Assembly (NCBI GenBank): GCA_937916075.1
Contig: CALGHW010000009.1
Location: 1 to 37,308 of the forward strand
Source: an uncultured Prevotella sp.
Lineage (GTDB): Bacteria; Bacteroidota; Bacteroidia; Bacteroidales; Bacteroidaceae
DNA: 37,308 nucleotides
Direction of reading: 5' to 3'
Under the pieces are notes generated by a model, which had not been told where the DNA came from, ran no database searches, and saw nothing but the letters and a program-made list of their open reading frames with translations. The position numbers and the translations under genes were made by a program. Every line of letters begins with the position of its first letter. Position 1 is the first letter of the stretch. Below are positions 26,072 through 35,110 of the stretch, one piece after another.

Positions 26072-27277
26072 TTACAGTCCCTCCGCAAGAAACTTACGGA
26101 GATGAATATGCGTGATGCCGTTGTCGTCATTTTTTGTGAGGAGAGGGGTCATGGAGATAACGTACTTCGGATAATTGTCCTTGATGGCCCGCAGATTGCC
26201 AAACTCCCTTTCTCTTGTCGCTTCATCGGCTATGATATACGATGCCTGCACATATATGCGTCCTCCCTTGGGCTTGGTACACACGAAGTCGATTTCTCCT
26301 GCTTGCAACTGGCCGACATATACTTGATAGCCCAAACGGATGAGGTGTTGATATATGATGTTCTCTATCACTTTCTCTATGTCGCCCTCCCGTGTTCCAC
26401 CGGCAATGGCGTTCCTGATGCCATTGTCCTCGAAATAAAATTTATCGTTGGTCTCAAAGATACGCTTGCCATGGATGTCGTAGCGGCTTACCTTGTGCAA
26501 GATATAGGCCTCACAAAGAAAAGATATGTAGTTGATGATAACTGTGGAGGTGATGCTTTCTCCTTGCGATCTCATGTATTTTGCGATACTGTTGGCTGAG
26601 ATTAACTTGCCTGTATTGTCAGCAAGAAAGCGCACCAGGTTTTCAAGGAATGGCACGTTTCTTATCTGATTGCGCATGATGACATCCTTGAGAAGTACTG
26701 TATGGTATATATCCATCTGATATTCACGCGCATCATCCTCTTCCAATCCTATCTTGGTCAAACCAGGCAAGCCACCATACTGTATGTAAAGACTCAACGA
26801 CTCGTCATTGTCCTTAAGTTTATGAAACTCCAGAAACTCATTATAACTTAACGACTGGATATAGATTTCCTTATACCGGCCACCGATAAGCGTACTCAGT
26901 TCATTGCTCAGCATACCGGCATTGCAGCCTGTGACAATAATGTCTGTTTTCGGCTCGGTGCGGTAACTACGGATGGAACGCTCAAATTCCTTGATGTCCT
27001 GAATCTCGTCAATGAGTATGTAGTTGTGTTTACCACTAACAAAACGCTGACTGATATACTCGTTGAGATCCTGATATGTCCGGATATTGTCAAATTCCCT
27101 TTTCTCCTTGTCTATATATATAATATTATTGCCTTCATCGTTTTTCTTACGATCACGTATCATCTTCATCGTGCAGCTTTTGCCTACACGACGTTGACCC
27201 ACCAAGACGATGATGACCTCCTTACCAAGATATTTTTCTATCTTGTTGATGTATGATTGACGAATGATGTTTGCCAT
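26072..27277 (-). CDS. ATP-binding protein, AAA_14 + DUF4143
   Basis: GQRRVGKS, ILIDEIQ, LIGGRY, YGGLPG, KFYFEDNG, EIDFV...YVQAS. Confidence 0.9.
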   Translation of the reverse strand: MANIIRQSYINKIEKYLGKEVIIVLVGQRRVGKSCTMKMIRDRKKNDEGNNIIYIDKEKREFDNIRTYQDLNEYISQRFVSGKHNYILIDEIQDIKEFERSIRSYRTEPKTDIIVTGCNAGMLSNELSTLIGGRYKEIYIQSLSYNEFLEFHKLKDNDESLSLYIQYGGLPGLTKIGLEEDDAREYQMDIYHTVLLKDVIMRNQIRNVPFLENLVRFLADNTGKLISANSIAKYMRSQGESITSTVIINYISFLCEAYILHKVSRYDIHGKRIFETNDKFYFEDNGIRNAIAGGTREGDIEKVIENIIYQHLIRLGYQVYVGQLQAGEIDFVCTKPKGGRIYVQASYIIADEATREREFGNLRAIKDNYPKYVISMTPLLTKNDDNGITHIHLRKFLAEGL

Positions 27278-27385
27278 ATTTTATCCTCTATAAATGATAT
27301 TTTCTGCAAAAATACCTATTTTATCTTTTATAGAAGACAAAACCTGTATTTTTCTTTTTTTTGTCTTTTATAATAGACAAAAAAG
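27278..27385. repeat. Three near-palindromic motifs with exact 40-bp period
   Basis: TTATCCTCTATAAATGATA (27281), TTATCTTTTATAGAAGACA (27321), TTGTCTTTTATAATAGACA (27361). A minus-strand -7 box TATTTTTG lies at 27307-27314. Confidence 0.8.
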
Positions 27386-27463
27386 CATAATTTTTCCAAC
27401 AAACATGCATCGATGCTAAACGGAAGGCGGGTACTGATGCGCCCAGTTTACACGTATGTAAAT

Positions 27464-27518
27464 AAAAAAAGCCCGGCCATACGGAGACTTTCACAAGCCC
27501 ACCGTATGCCGGAGCTTT
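27464..27518 (-). terminator. Intrinsic terminator of the Omp28/FN3 operon
   Basis: Bulged stem (CCGG-CATACGG / CCGTATG-CCGG) with a GUGA loop and a U7 tail on the minus strand. Confidence 0.8.
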
Positions 27519-27558
27519 ACAAATAGAAAACTTTTTCGTTAAACTTAATTGATGAGGA

Positions 27559-30500
27559 TTATCTTATCACTGTATGCATCGTGAATGTCTTGCCTGCGGC
27601 CTCCACACGTACCACTACCTGACCGGCAGTATGAAGCGGGATAAAGACATTCTCGGTAGTGTTCACCTCCGTGGAGAGCAGCGTCCGGCCGTCGGCAGCA
27701 TAGACCGTGATTTTGCGGATCAGTCGGCCGTCGGGATTGGCCACATTGAGCGTATGACCCTTCACGAACAACTGTATACGGCCCGTCTGCGCCGTGGCAA
27801 TGGCTGTGGTCTGGCTGGTGGTAAACTTGTTTTGCGTAGCCCACTTGCTCTGGCGGTCGGCCTCACACTGAGCCTGCACACGCCACAGATAGACGGTGTT
27901 GGCCTTGAGGTCTTCCAGCTTGTATTGACGCTCCGTGAGCTGAGCCTTTTCAGTCCATTCGCTGGCCGAGCTCTCGCGGTAACGGATGTTCCAACTGAGG
28001 TTGCTCTCGTCGGCCGTCCAGGTCAGTGTGGCGGAAGTAGCCGTAATGTCCTCGACAGAGAGTCCCGTCGGAGTGACACACTCGGGCACAGCCGTTGTGG
28101 CAAACCCGGTCACGGCAGTCCAGCGGCTGCTGTCGCCCTCGGCACAGATAGCCCGCAGACGCACCTTATAGTCGGTCTCCGCAGCCAGTCCGGTAAGGGT
28201 GATGATATGCTTGTTGTCATTGTCACCGAGACTGGCGTATACCTGTGTGGTCCAGGCCTCATCAGAAGCCTTGCGCACAGCCACCTCGAAGCGGTCGGCT
28301 TCACTCTCAAAGAAGAGGTCGGCCTTGTCGTAAGAGGGTGTGACAGACACGTCGGCAGGCGTCAGGCACGTCTCTGCCAAAGTAGTGAATGTATTCACAG
28401 GCGTGTAAGCACTGGTATCCTTTTCCGACTTACTGCACTGGGCCTGCACGGCATACTCATAAGTGGTGTTGGCCTCCAGGTTGGTGATAACGGCAAAGGT
28501 GTCTCTTACCTGTTCGGTAATCCAGGCTGCAGGTTGCTCAATATTCTGCTTGCGATAGCGCACATTGTAGGCACCGGCCTCACCGGTCCATTCTATCCGG
28601 GCCGTCCACTTGTCGGCCGTCACCTTCACCTGCTCGGGCTCGGCACAAACAGAACCCGTAGTCGTTATCTCGATGACCTTCACCTTGGCGGTGTCGCCCG
28701 GCTCGCAAGCCTTGGTCAGTCCTATCTCATAAGAGGTATGATGCTTCAGTCCGGTGAGGGCCAGCTCAGGTTTATCCGTGGTCAGATACTGGCCGCGGGG
28801 CTGTCCGGCCTCTGCCACATAGTAGAACCACTGGTCGGCGCCGCTGGTCCAGGAGATATGGGCCGAATCGTCGGTCACGGTGTCCACCTTGGCCTCGATG
28901 TCATTGACACAGGTATAATGCACCTGAAGCGAGTCGAGCGTCATGCTCGGCATATTGGCATCCTCACTGTGCACATAGACACCCAGGCGCACCTTACCTT
29001 GAAGTCCGCGGAGCGGGAAGGCATAGGTCTTGGAATCATAGGCGTCGGGCAACTCGTCGGCCTTGATGGTGAGCGCCACGCCAGCCGGTGTGAAGGGCTT
29101 GCCGGCCTCTGCCACCACGACCTGAACGGTACCGGTGGTCTCCTTAGAGCCGTAGCTCCTGGTGAGGGTCAACTGTCCCTGATAGTTCACCGAGCCGTCA
29201 CCCAAGTTCATGACAGGAGTCAAGAGCCAGTCGTCGGCAGTCTCATTCACTTCCGTATAGCTCATGTTAGCACCGCCAAACCATCCCTTGTTGAAGCTCC
29301 AGCTGGCTCCGTCGGTCAGTTGGGTGTTTTCAGAGAGCGCACCCTCCATGATGTCCCAGCCACTGGGCAAGGCATCCAAGTCCGTGAAGGCCAGGTCAAA
29401 CGGAACAGACATTCCACTGCGGAAGGTTCCCGTCTCCGACCACTGGCTCTGGCTGGTGGCCGAGCAGCGGGCGCGCACCTGCACATCATAATCGGTGAAG
29501 CCCTCCAGACCGGTCAGTGTATATTTCTTCTCACGCACTGTGACAGCCTTGCTCCACTCGGTGTCGGCCGTCTTCTTGTAACGCACATCCCAGGCATCTT
29601 CCTCACCTTGAGGAGTCCACGTCACGGCAGCCTCATCAGCCACCACGGTAGAGTCGATGGCCATCACGTTGACCGGATAGTCGCAAGCCTCCTTCTGCTC
29701 TATACGGATACCGGTAAGCGCCGTCTTGGGCTCTCCATAGACATGGAGGAACAGACGCACCCGGGCCCGCTTGCCTGCGGCTTCAGCGAAGGGCACATAA
29801 AGCTTGACAGGACTGTCGGTTGAGGCAAAGGTCAGACGGTTGTCCTTGGTATATTCCTGTACCGTGGTATAGTTGTCGCTGCCGTCCTCGGCCACCTGTA
29901 TGCGGATGGTATCACGGTCTCTCATGGCATACGGGCCGTTGGCATAGTTGACATATTCTGTCATCAGGAGATTGAGCACCAGTCGGTTGGTGCCTTCCGT
30001 CAGGTATACCGGCGGTGTTTCAATCCACTCGTCGGCACCCTTGCTGGCATTGGGATTGTCGATGATACCGCAAAGGCTACCGTCGCGGTCCATCTGCCAG
30101 GTGCCCTCAAAGCGCCAGCCCGCCGGAGCCCCATACTGTGCGTTGTTGGCAAAGCTGGCCGTCCAGGGCACAATACAAGCCGTATGGGTATCATTCTGCA
30201 CGGAAGTGGAAGAATACTGGCCGGCACTGTTGCGGCTCCATACGCCAATGTGGTAAATCTCGCCCGGTTTCAGACCGCTGAGCACAATACCGTCTTTCGC
30301 CTTTCCGGTATAGGCGGCATAGCCACCACCGTCGATGCTGTCGCCAGCGGCATAATTGCCCGACGGCATGCCGAAGCGTCCTCCTTCTACCGTCTGGCTA
30401 TACTTGTTCATGGCCGGCAGAGTGGTATAGCCCACAAACACATCATCGCCGGCGGCATTGGCCTTCACGTTGACGGTGATGGTGGTAGAGTCCTGGGCTG

Positions 30501-31698
30501 TCACGGTCAAGCTTGACGGTGCGTCGGGCAGCGTGCTGACAGATGCCGTGAGAGGGTTCTCCAGGTTATATTTCGGACCAAAGAAGCAAGCCGAGTTGAC
30601 ACCCAGCACATGAATGTAGTATTGCTGCGTGCCCTCCAGGATATCACCTGTCGTGAAGGTTGCCTCATCGCCTGCGCTCAGCTTGGTACCGTCAATAAAG
30701 TTGACCACACGGGCCGTGCCTATCGAGTCGCCTTTGGCATAAGTCTTGCCATTCTCGGGCAGTGCTGTCAACGAGGCGTCACGCCCTATCAGCACCAGGT
30801 AGTGGTCGGCCGCATCGACAGCCTTAAAGCTGCCGTCCACGCTGAGGGTGGTGCTGGTCAGCTGAAGCTCTGTGGGCTGTGTGGCAGGGGCCGCACAATC
30901 CTCTGGAGGCGTAAAGGTATAGGTCAGTCCGTCGGCCGGATAGCTGCTGCCGCGCCAACTGATATAGCCGGTAGAGGTGGAGGTGGAGAAGCTGCTGCCG
31001 TCGAAAGCACTGCTTTTGGCAATGACATCCTTGTCCTGGCCTCGCAAGCCGATACGGAAACCATCGTTGTAATTCATCGCGTCGGCCGCCTCGGCACATG
31101 GCTCAAAGCCGCTGGTTATCATCTCTATCTTGCCCGACTCGGACAGGCGCATCTGGAGTGACACGGTGTCGCGCACCTGTTCGCCCTTCCAGCTGTCCAC
31201 CAACAGTTGCAGGTCCTTAAACTGGACGATGAGCTGTCGGTTTGGGGCCTCGCCCACCGTCTTGTAGCTTATCTCGGTCGAAGCGATGGCCGCCACCGTG
31301 CTGCGGTAGCAGAAGCCTATCACATCGTTATCCTGATTGCTCAGAAAGAAACTGGGATTGCCGGGCACAGTGGTTTTCACCTGGTCACGTCCCAAAACAA
31401 GGAAGCCGTGGGAGCCGATGAAGAACTGGTTCATCAGCTGATTGTCATACTTGAAATCGAAACCGATGGGATAACCCTCTGCATTGACCGTCAAATCATT
31501 GGGCGTATTGGTCTTGTCATAGACCACATTGTCAAAGTCGGTGCCCGACACGCCCAACGGCACCACCTGTCCGTCGGTAATAGGGACATATGCGCCCTGC
31601 ACCACCTCGGCCTCATAGCTCTGGGTGACCTGTCCCCACGAGAGGGTGGGGAACAGCGTGGCCAGAGCCAAGGCCACAAATGCTTGTCTCTTCTTCAT
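27559..31698 (-). CDS. Large secreted protein with several fibronectin type III domains, cleaved-adhesin-like domains and a T9SS C-terminal domain
   Basis: Signal peptide; repeated W....Y.VRY...W...LxxLxxxTxY.VxVxAxC FN3 units; DEWIETPP and DDWLLTPV motifs; ITVYAADGRTL tail. Confidence 0.88.
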   Translation of the reverse strand: MKKRQAFVALALATLFPTLSWGQVTQSYEAEVVQGAYVPITDGQVVPLGVSGTDFDNVVYDKTNTPNDLTVNAEGYPIGFDFKYDNQLMNQFFIGSHGFLVLGRDQVKTTVPGNPSFFLSNQDNDVIGFCYRSTVAAIASTEISYKTVGEAPNRQLIVQFKDLQLLVDSWKGEQVRDTVSLQMRLSESGKIEMITSGFEPCAEAADAMNYNDGFRIGLRGQDKDVIAKSSAFDGSSFSTSTSTGYISWRGSSYPADGLTYTFTPPEDCAAPATQPTELQLTSTTLSVDGSFKAVDAADHYLVLIGRDASLTALPENGKTYAKGDSIGTARVVNFIDGTKLSAGDEATFTTGDILEGTQQYYIHVLGVNSACFFGPKYNLENPLTASVSTLPDAPSSLTVTAQDSTTITVNVKANAAGDDVFVGYTTLPAMNKYSQTVEGGRFGMPSGNYAAGDSIDGGGYAAYTGKAKDGIVLSGLKPGEIYHIGVWSRNSAGQYSSTSVQNDTHTACIVPWTASFANNAQYGAPAGWRFEGTWQMDRDGSLCGIIDNPNASKGADEWIETPPVYLTEGTNRLVLNLLMTEYVNYANGPYAMRDRDTIRIQVAEDGSDNYTTVQEYTKDNRLTFASTDSPVKLYVPFAEAAGKRARVRLFLHVYGEPKTALTGIRIEQKEACDYPVNVMAIDSTVVADEAAVTWTPQGEEDAWDVRYKKTADTEWSKAVTVREKKYTLTGLEGFTDYDVQVRARCSATSQSQWSETGTFRSGMSVPFDLAFTDLDALPSGWDIMEGALSENTQLTDGASWSFNKGWFGGANMSYTEVNETADDWLLTPVMNLGDGSVNYQGQLTLTRSYGSKETTGTVQVVVAEAGKPFTPAGVALTIKADELPDAYDSKTYAFPLRGLQGKVRLGVYVHSEDANMPSMTLDSLQVHYTCVNDIEAKVDTVTDDSAHISWTSGADQWFYYVAEAGQPRGQYLTTDKPELALTGLKHHTSYEIGLTKACEPGDTAKVKVIEITTTGSVCAEPEQVKVTADKWTARIEWTGEAGAYNVRYRKQNIEQPAAWITEQVRDTFAVITNLEANTTYEYAVQAQCSKSEKDTSAYTPVNTFTTLAETCLTPADVSVTPSYDKADLFFESEADRFEVAVRKASDEAWTTQVYASLGDNDNKHIITLTGLAAETDYKVRLRAICAEGDSSRWTAVTGFATTAVPECVTPTGLSVEDITATSATLTWTADESNLSWNIRYRESSASEWTEKAQLTERQYKLEDLKANTVYLWRVQAQCEADRQSKWATQNKFTTSQTTAIATAQTGRIQLFVKGHTLNVANPDGRLIRKITVYAADGRTLLSTEVNTTENVFIPLHTAGQVVVRVEAAGKTFTMHTVIR

Positions 31699-31705
31699 AA
31701 GCGTT

Positions 31706-33304
31706 TTATTTTACTATTTTCTTAGTTGTGCTTGTACTGTTGTCTGTATATACATTGCGGATGATGTTCACACCCTCCGAGAGATGTTGCAAGCGCTCGC
31801 CCGACGGAGCGTATATCTCCTGACGAAGCAAAGTCTTGGCATTGTGCTCGCCGTCAATCTCACGGATACCAGACACGGAGCCGTCCAGATAGACCCGCTG
31901 CATACAGATGTTCTCCTTATTTTGAGAAGGATTCTCATTCCAGTTGACCAAATAATACTGGTCATCCATGAGCGGCGACGACAGCAAGTTGTTCTTCACC
32001 GCCGTGGAGGTGGAGAAGTTGACCGGAGCCTGCACCTGGTTGCCCTCCTTGTCATACAGGGCGATATAGGAACCCACAGGACTGTTGGTGGCGTTGCCCG
32101 CCATGGTCTGGTAGAACACGGCTATCTGTCCGTCCTTGGCTCCCTGGATGGTGCAGAAACTGCAATTCACAGAGTCTTGGATGTCAATCACGGGCTTGCC
32201 GTTAGGTCCCCAGAGCAACTCGCCATCAAGTGACATTTTCTGGAGGAAAAGGCCCTGAAGGTTTTGGGCCGCCTGGTCAAACTGGCGGTAGACCATGTAG
32301 ACGGCTTTTTCGTTTTTGTCGTAATATACCGTCGGGACCATCCGCGAGTATTCGGTCTGGTTGCTCACATTGGTACCCTCCTCACCTGTGGAGAACCCAT
32401 AGGTGGCATCATTCTTGATATACGACAAGCGATTCTCGTAGGTGCTGGTCAAGGCATCAGGATCACACCAGGCCACAAAGGCGCCGCCGTCAGGAGCACT
32501 GTACACATCCATCATGGTATACAAAGGAAGAGATGGCATAAATCCGCCCCGGTAAACAATGAGGTCTTCGTCCCACACATCGTCACCACTGATATCTATC
32601 ATGCGGGCCATCAAGTCCTGGTTGCTGCCCTTGGCATAGACCATCATCGCCTGACCGTCACCGGCGTCTACCAGATAAGGATAGGTATAGTCGTTGACGC
32701 CACTGTCATCTTTCAGCAGCAGAGGCTCGCTCCAGGCCAGGCTGCCGTCGGCCTTCAGCTTATAGACATAGATTTTCGTGGGGGCATTATCATACGAATA
32801 AGCCTCATAGGCCAACATATAGCCACCATCGGTGGTGTTGACCATCGACATGGAAGCCAAGGACTCGTTGTCAACGCCCTCGCCAAGCGTCCGGCTCCAG
32901 AGCTCCTTGCCGGTCTCGTCATACTTATAAATGGTATAAGTCTCATTGCCCTTGCGGAAGTCGAAGACAGCGATGACGGCATTGCCGTCACGGTCGATGA
33001 GCAGATGCTGGTTGACTTTGGTCCATGTCTGGTTTGCCTCAGCCGAGATGAGCTGTCCTTCCTCCGGCAAGGTCTTGACACCATCCTTGTCCAGAATCTG
33101 CAGTCGCATCTCGATGGTTTCATTGTGGGGTATCTGCATGAAGACATACGTCATGCCGTTGGCATTGGTTTGGATGTCGTAGCCATAATTGTTGGACCCT
33201 GCAGGACTCACGATGTTGCATTGTGCCGGGTCATTGACCCATTGGGCTGACACGGGAGCTGCCATGGCAGCAGCCAGCGCCATAGAGAGTAGAATTCTTT
33301 TCAT
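31706..33304 (-). CDS. Secreted hypothetical protein (probable beta-propeller) with a T9SS-type tail
   Basis: Signal peptide ...VSA-QW; repeated K/R.xx.DG.xxW and DGG motifs; IYAPSGERLQHLSEGVNIIR...KKIVK. Confidence 0.8.
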   Translation of the reverse strand: MKRILLSMALAAAMAAPVSAQWVNDPAQCNIVSPAGSNNYGYDIQTNANGMTYVFMQIPHNETIEMRLQILDKDGVKTLPEEGQLISAEANQTWTKVNQHLLIDRDGNAVIAVFDFRKGNETYTIYKYDETGKELWSRTLGEGVDNESLASMSMVNTTDGGYMLAYEAYSYDNAPTKIYVYKLKADGSLAWSEPLLLKDDSGVNDYTYPYLVDAGDGQAMMVYAKGSNQDLMARMIDISGDDVWDEDLIVYRGGFMPSLPLYTMMDVYSAPDGGAFVAWCDPDALTSTYENRLSYIKNDATYGFSTGEEGTNVSNQTEYSRMVPTVYYDKNEKAVYMVYRQFDQAAQNLQGLFLQKMSLDGELLWGPNGKPVIDIQDSVNCSFCTIQGAKDGQIAVFYQTMAGNATNSPVGSYIALYDKEGNQVQAPVNFSTSTAVKNNLLSSPLMDDQYYLVNWNENPSQNKENICMQRVYLDGSVSGIREIDGEHNAKTLLRQEIYAPSGERLQHLSEGVNIIRNVYTDNSTSTTKKIVK

Positions 33305-33316
33305 AAATGGTATCTC

Positions 33317-34924
33317 CTATTGTTTTTTGTGATTGATGATTTTCATTGTCTTATCGCCTTGTTTGACCAGATACAGTCCCCGGGGAGCTTGCGTCGCCGG
33401 TCGGCCGTCGATGGTATAACACTCAGTATCGGCTGCCGCTTCCGTGTGGGACGGAAGGTTCTGGATGCCAGCGGCTGTGTCTACGGTGAAGAATGAGCGC
33501 ACGCCATAACCCGTAATGGTATAGAACTGGTCGATGAGCCGGTTATTGCCGCTGCGCACAACCAGGGCACCCTTTCCGCCGCTTAACATTCCATCGCCCC
33601 AACTGTCGGTGATTTCCATACAGTAGGTCTTGCCCTCCTCGAGGGTGGCCGTCTCGGTATAGGTCTCCACCTTTCCGTCGGCATAGGGTCCGAACTCCTT
33701 CACGACGTTACCGTCGGCATCCTTGAGCAAGAACTGGTTCTGCGAAGCCTGGGTGTCGGTGGTTATCTGAAAACGCACAGTGGTATTGGTATAGGCAGGC
33801 TTCTGGAATCCGCCACTCAGCGTGTCGCGTGTCACCTCAGTGCCATTCAGCCCGGTGAGTACCACGCTGTATTTAGTCTTGCCCTTGGCGGCATACCGGA
33901 GCGTAGCCGGGATGCGGACAGCCCCCGTGCTGAACTGGTCGATATCGCAGCTGACGGTCTGCTCTTCAGTAATGCCGTCGACGGTCACGTCAAAAGTGGC
34001 CGAGGTGAGACGCTGGCTCGACTTGTTTTTCAGATAGAGGTCAAAATAGTTGTAGCCATAACGGGTGCCGATAGGCATGTCGGGACCCTTCAGCTCACCA
34101 CAAGGAGTCTCATTGTAATGCGTGTACAGCGGTTTTCCGCCCTCCACATTTTCAATACCCACCTTGTCGGTCGTGACAAAGGCTATCACGCTGATATCCT
34201 CGGGCTTCACCGCAGCAGGGCCAACAGCCTGAGGCAGGGTGTACACATAGTCACGCACGAAATATTGTCCTTGGGCCGCCAGAAGGGTATCGCCCCACAG
34301 GGGTGTGACATAATCGCGGAGCATATGCTGGTGGGAATAGGCATCACCGACGCCGCCACCATTCTGTGGTCCGAGGATATCGCTCTGGGTCCAACACACG
34401 TTCAGCGTGTGGGTGCCCGCCGAGGGCTGTGCCGTGTAATAGCCTTCCACATGGACCGTAAGCTGGCCTGTTTCACCATCGTAAACACTCTTGACATAGA
34501 GGTTCACGGGGGCGTCTTGCTCATTGTAATATTGGGCCAAGGGTATCCAAAGCGAACGCGAGTATAGCGTATGGCCATCGTAGGCCTCACGGTTGATGGT
34601 TCCGCAGGGATATCCAGCCTCGGCCGAATTGAGGAGCACGGAGAGCGAGTCGCCTTCCGGTGTGCGGTAGTCGGGCTCACCGCCATTGGGCTCACTGTAG
34701 CTGCCCGCATGAATGTTGATGGCATAAGCCTGGCCGGCCATACCCTTGAGCATCCGCTGACTGATTTTGTGACCTTCCGGACACCAACCGCAATGGATGC
34801 CTGTAAACTCTTCCAAGAGCACTTTCTTCTTTTGGACTTCTGTACTGACCTGATAGTCGGTCTGGGCCAAGGAGACCAGCGGTGTCATACAAACGGATGT
34901 AAGCAACAGTAAACCTTTTCTCAT
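33317..34924 (-). CDS. Omp28-related protein with a thioredoxin-like CxxC and a T9SS-type tail
   Basis: KVLLEEFTGIHCGWCP, AINIHAG, GYPCGTINR, YSHQHMLRD; YTIDGR...GLYLVKQG tail. Confidence 0.88.
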   Translation of the reverse strand: MRKGLLLLTSVCMTPLVSLAQTDYQVSTEVQKKKVLLEEFTGIHCGWCPEGHKISQRMLKGMAGQAYAINIHAGSYSEPNGGEPDYRTPEGDSLSVLLNSAEAGYPCGTINREAYDGHTLYSRSLWIPLAQYYNEQDAPVNLYVKSVYDGETGQLTVHVEGYYTAQPSAGTHTLNVCWTQSDILGPQNGGGVGDAYSHQHMLRDYVTPLWGDTLLAAQGQYFVRDYVYTLPQAVGPAAVKPEDISVIAFVTTDKVGIENVEGGKPLYTHYNETPCGELKGPDMPIGTRYGYNYFDLYLKNKSSQRLTSATFDVTVDGITEEQTVSCDIDQFSTGAVRIPATLRYAAKGKTKYSVVLTGLNGTEVTRDTLSGGFQKPAYTNTTVRFQITTDTQASQNQFLLKDADGNVVKEFGPYADGKVETYTETATLEEGKTYCMEITDSWGDGMLSGGKGALVVRSGNNRLIDQFYTITGYGVRSFFTVDTAAGIQNLPSHTEAAADTECYTIDGRPATQAPRGLYLVKQGDKTMKIINHKKQ

Positions 34925-34959
34925 ATCTTCTATTTTATTGTTTGGGATTATCGTTGGTG

Positions 34960-35091
34960 CAAAATTAAGAAAAGTAGGCTAAAAAACGTTATCATCAGGC
35001 GGTTAACTATCTTACAATTCTTGAAATGTAAGTCAAAACATTACTTTTTGTCATTTTCTTCACTCGTTTTGAAATAAAGTCGTTACTTTTG
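34960..35091. promoter_or_regulatory. Divergent promoter region
   Basis: Minus-strand TAATTTTG at 34960-34967; plus-strand TACTTTTG at 35084-35091. Confidence 0.7.
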
Positions 35092-35110
35092 CAATGAAAA
35101 CTCTTTCGGA

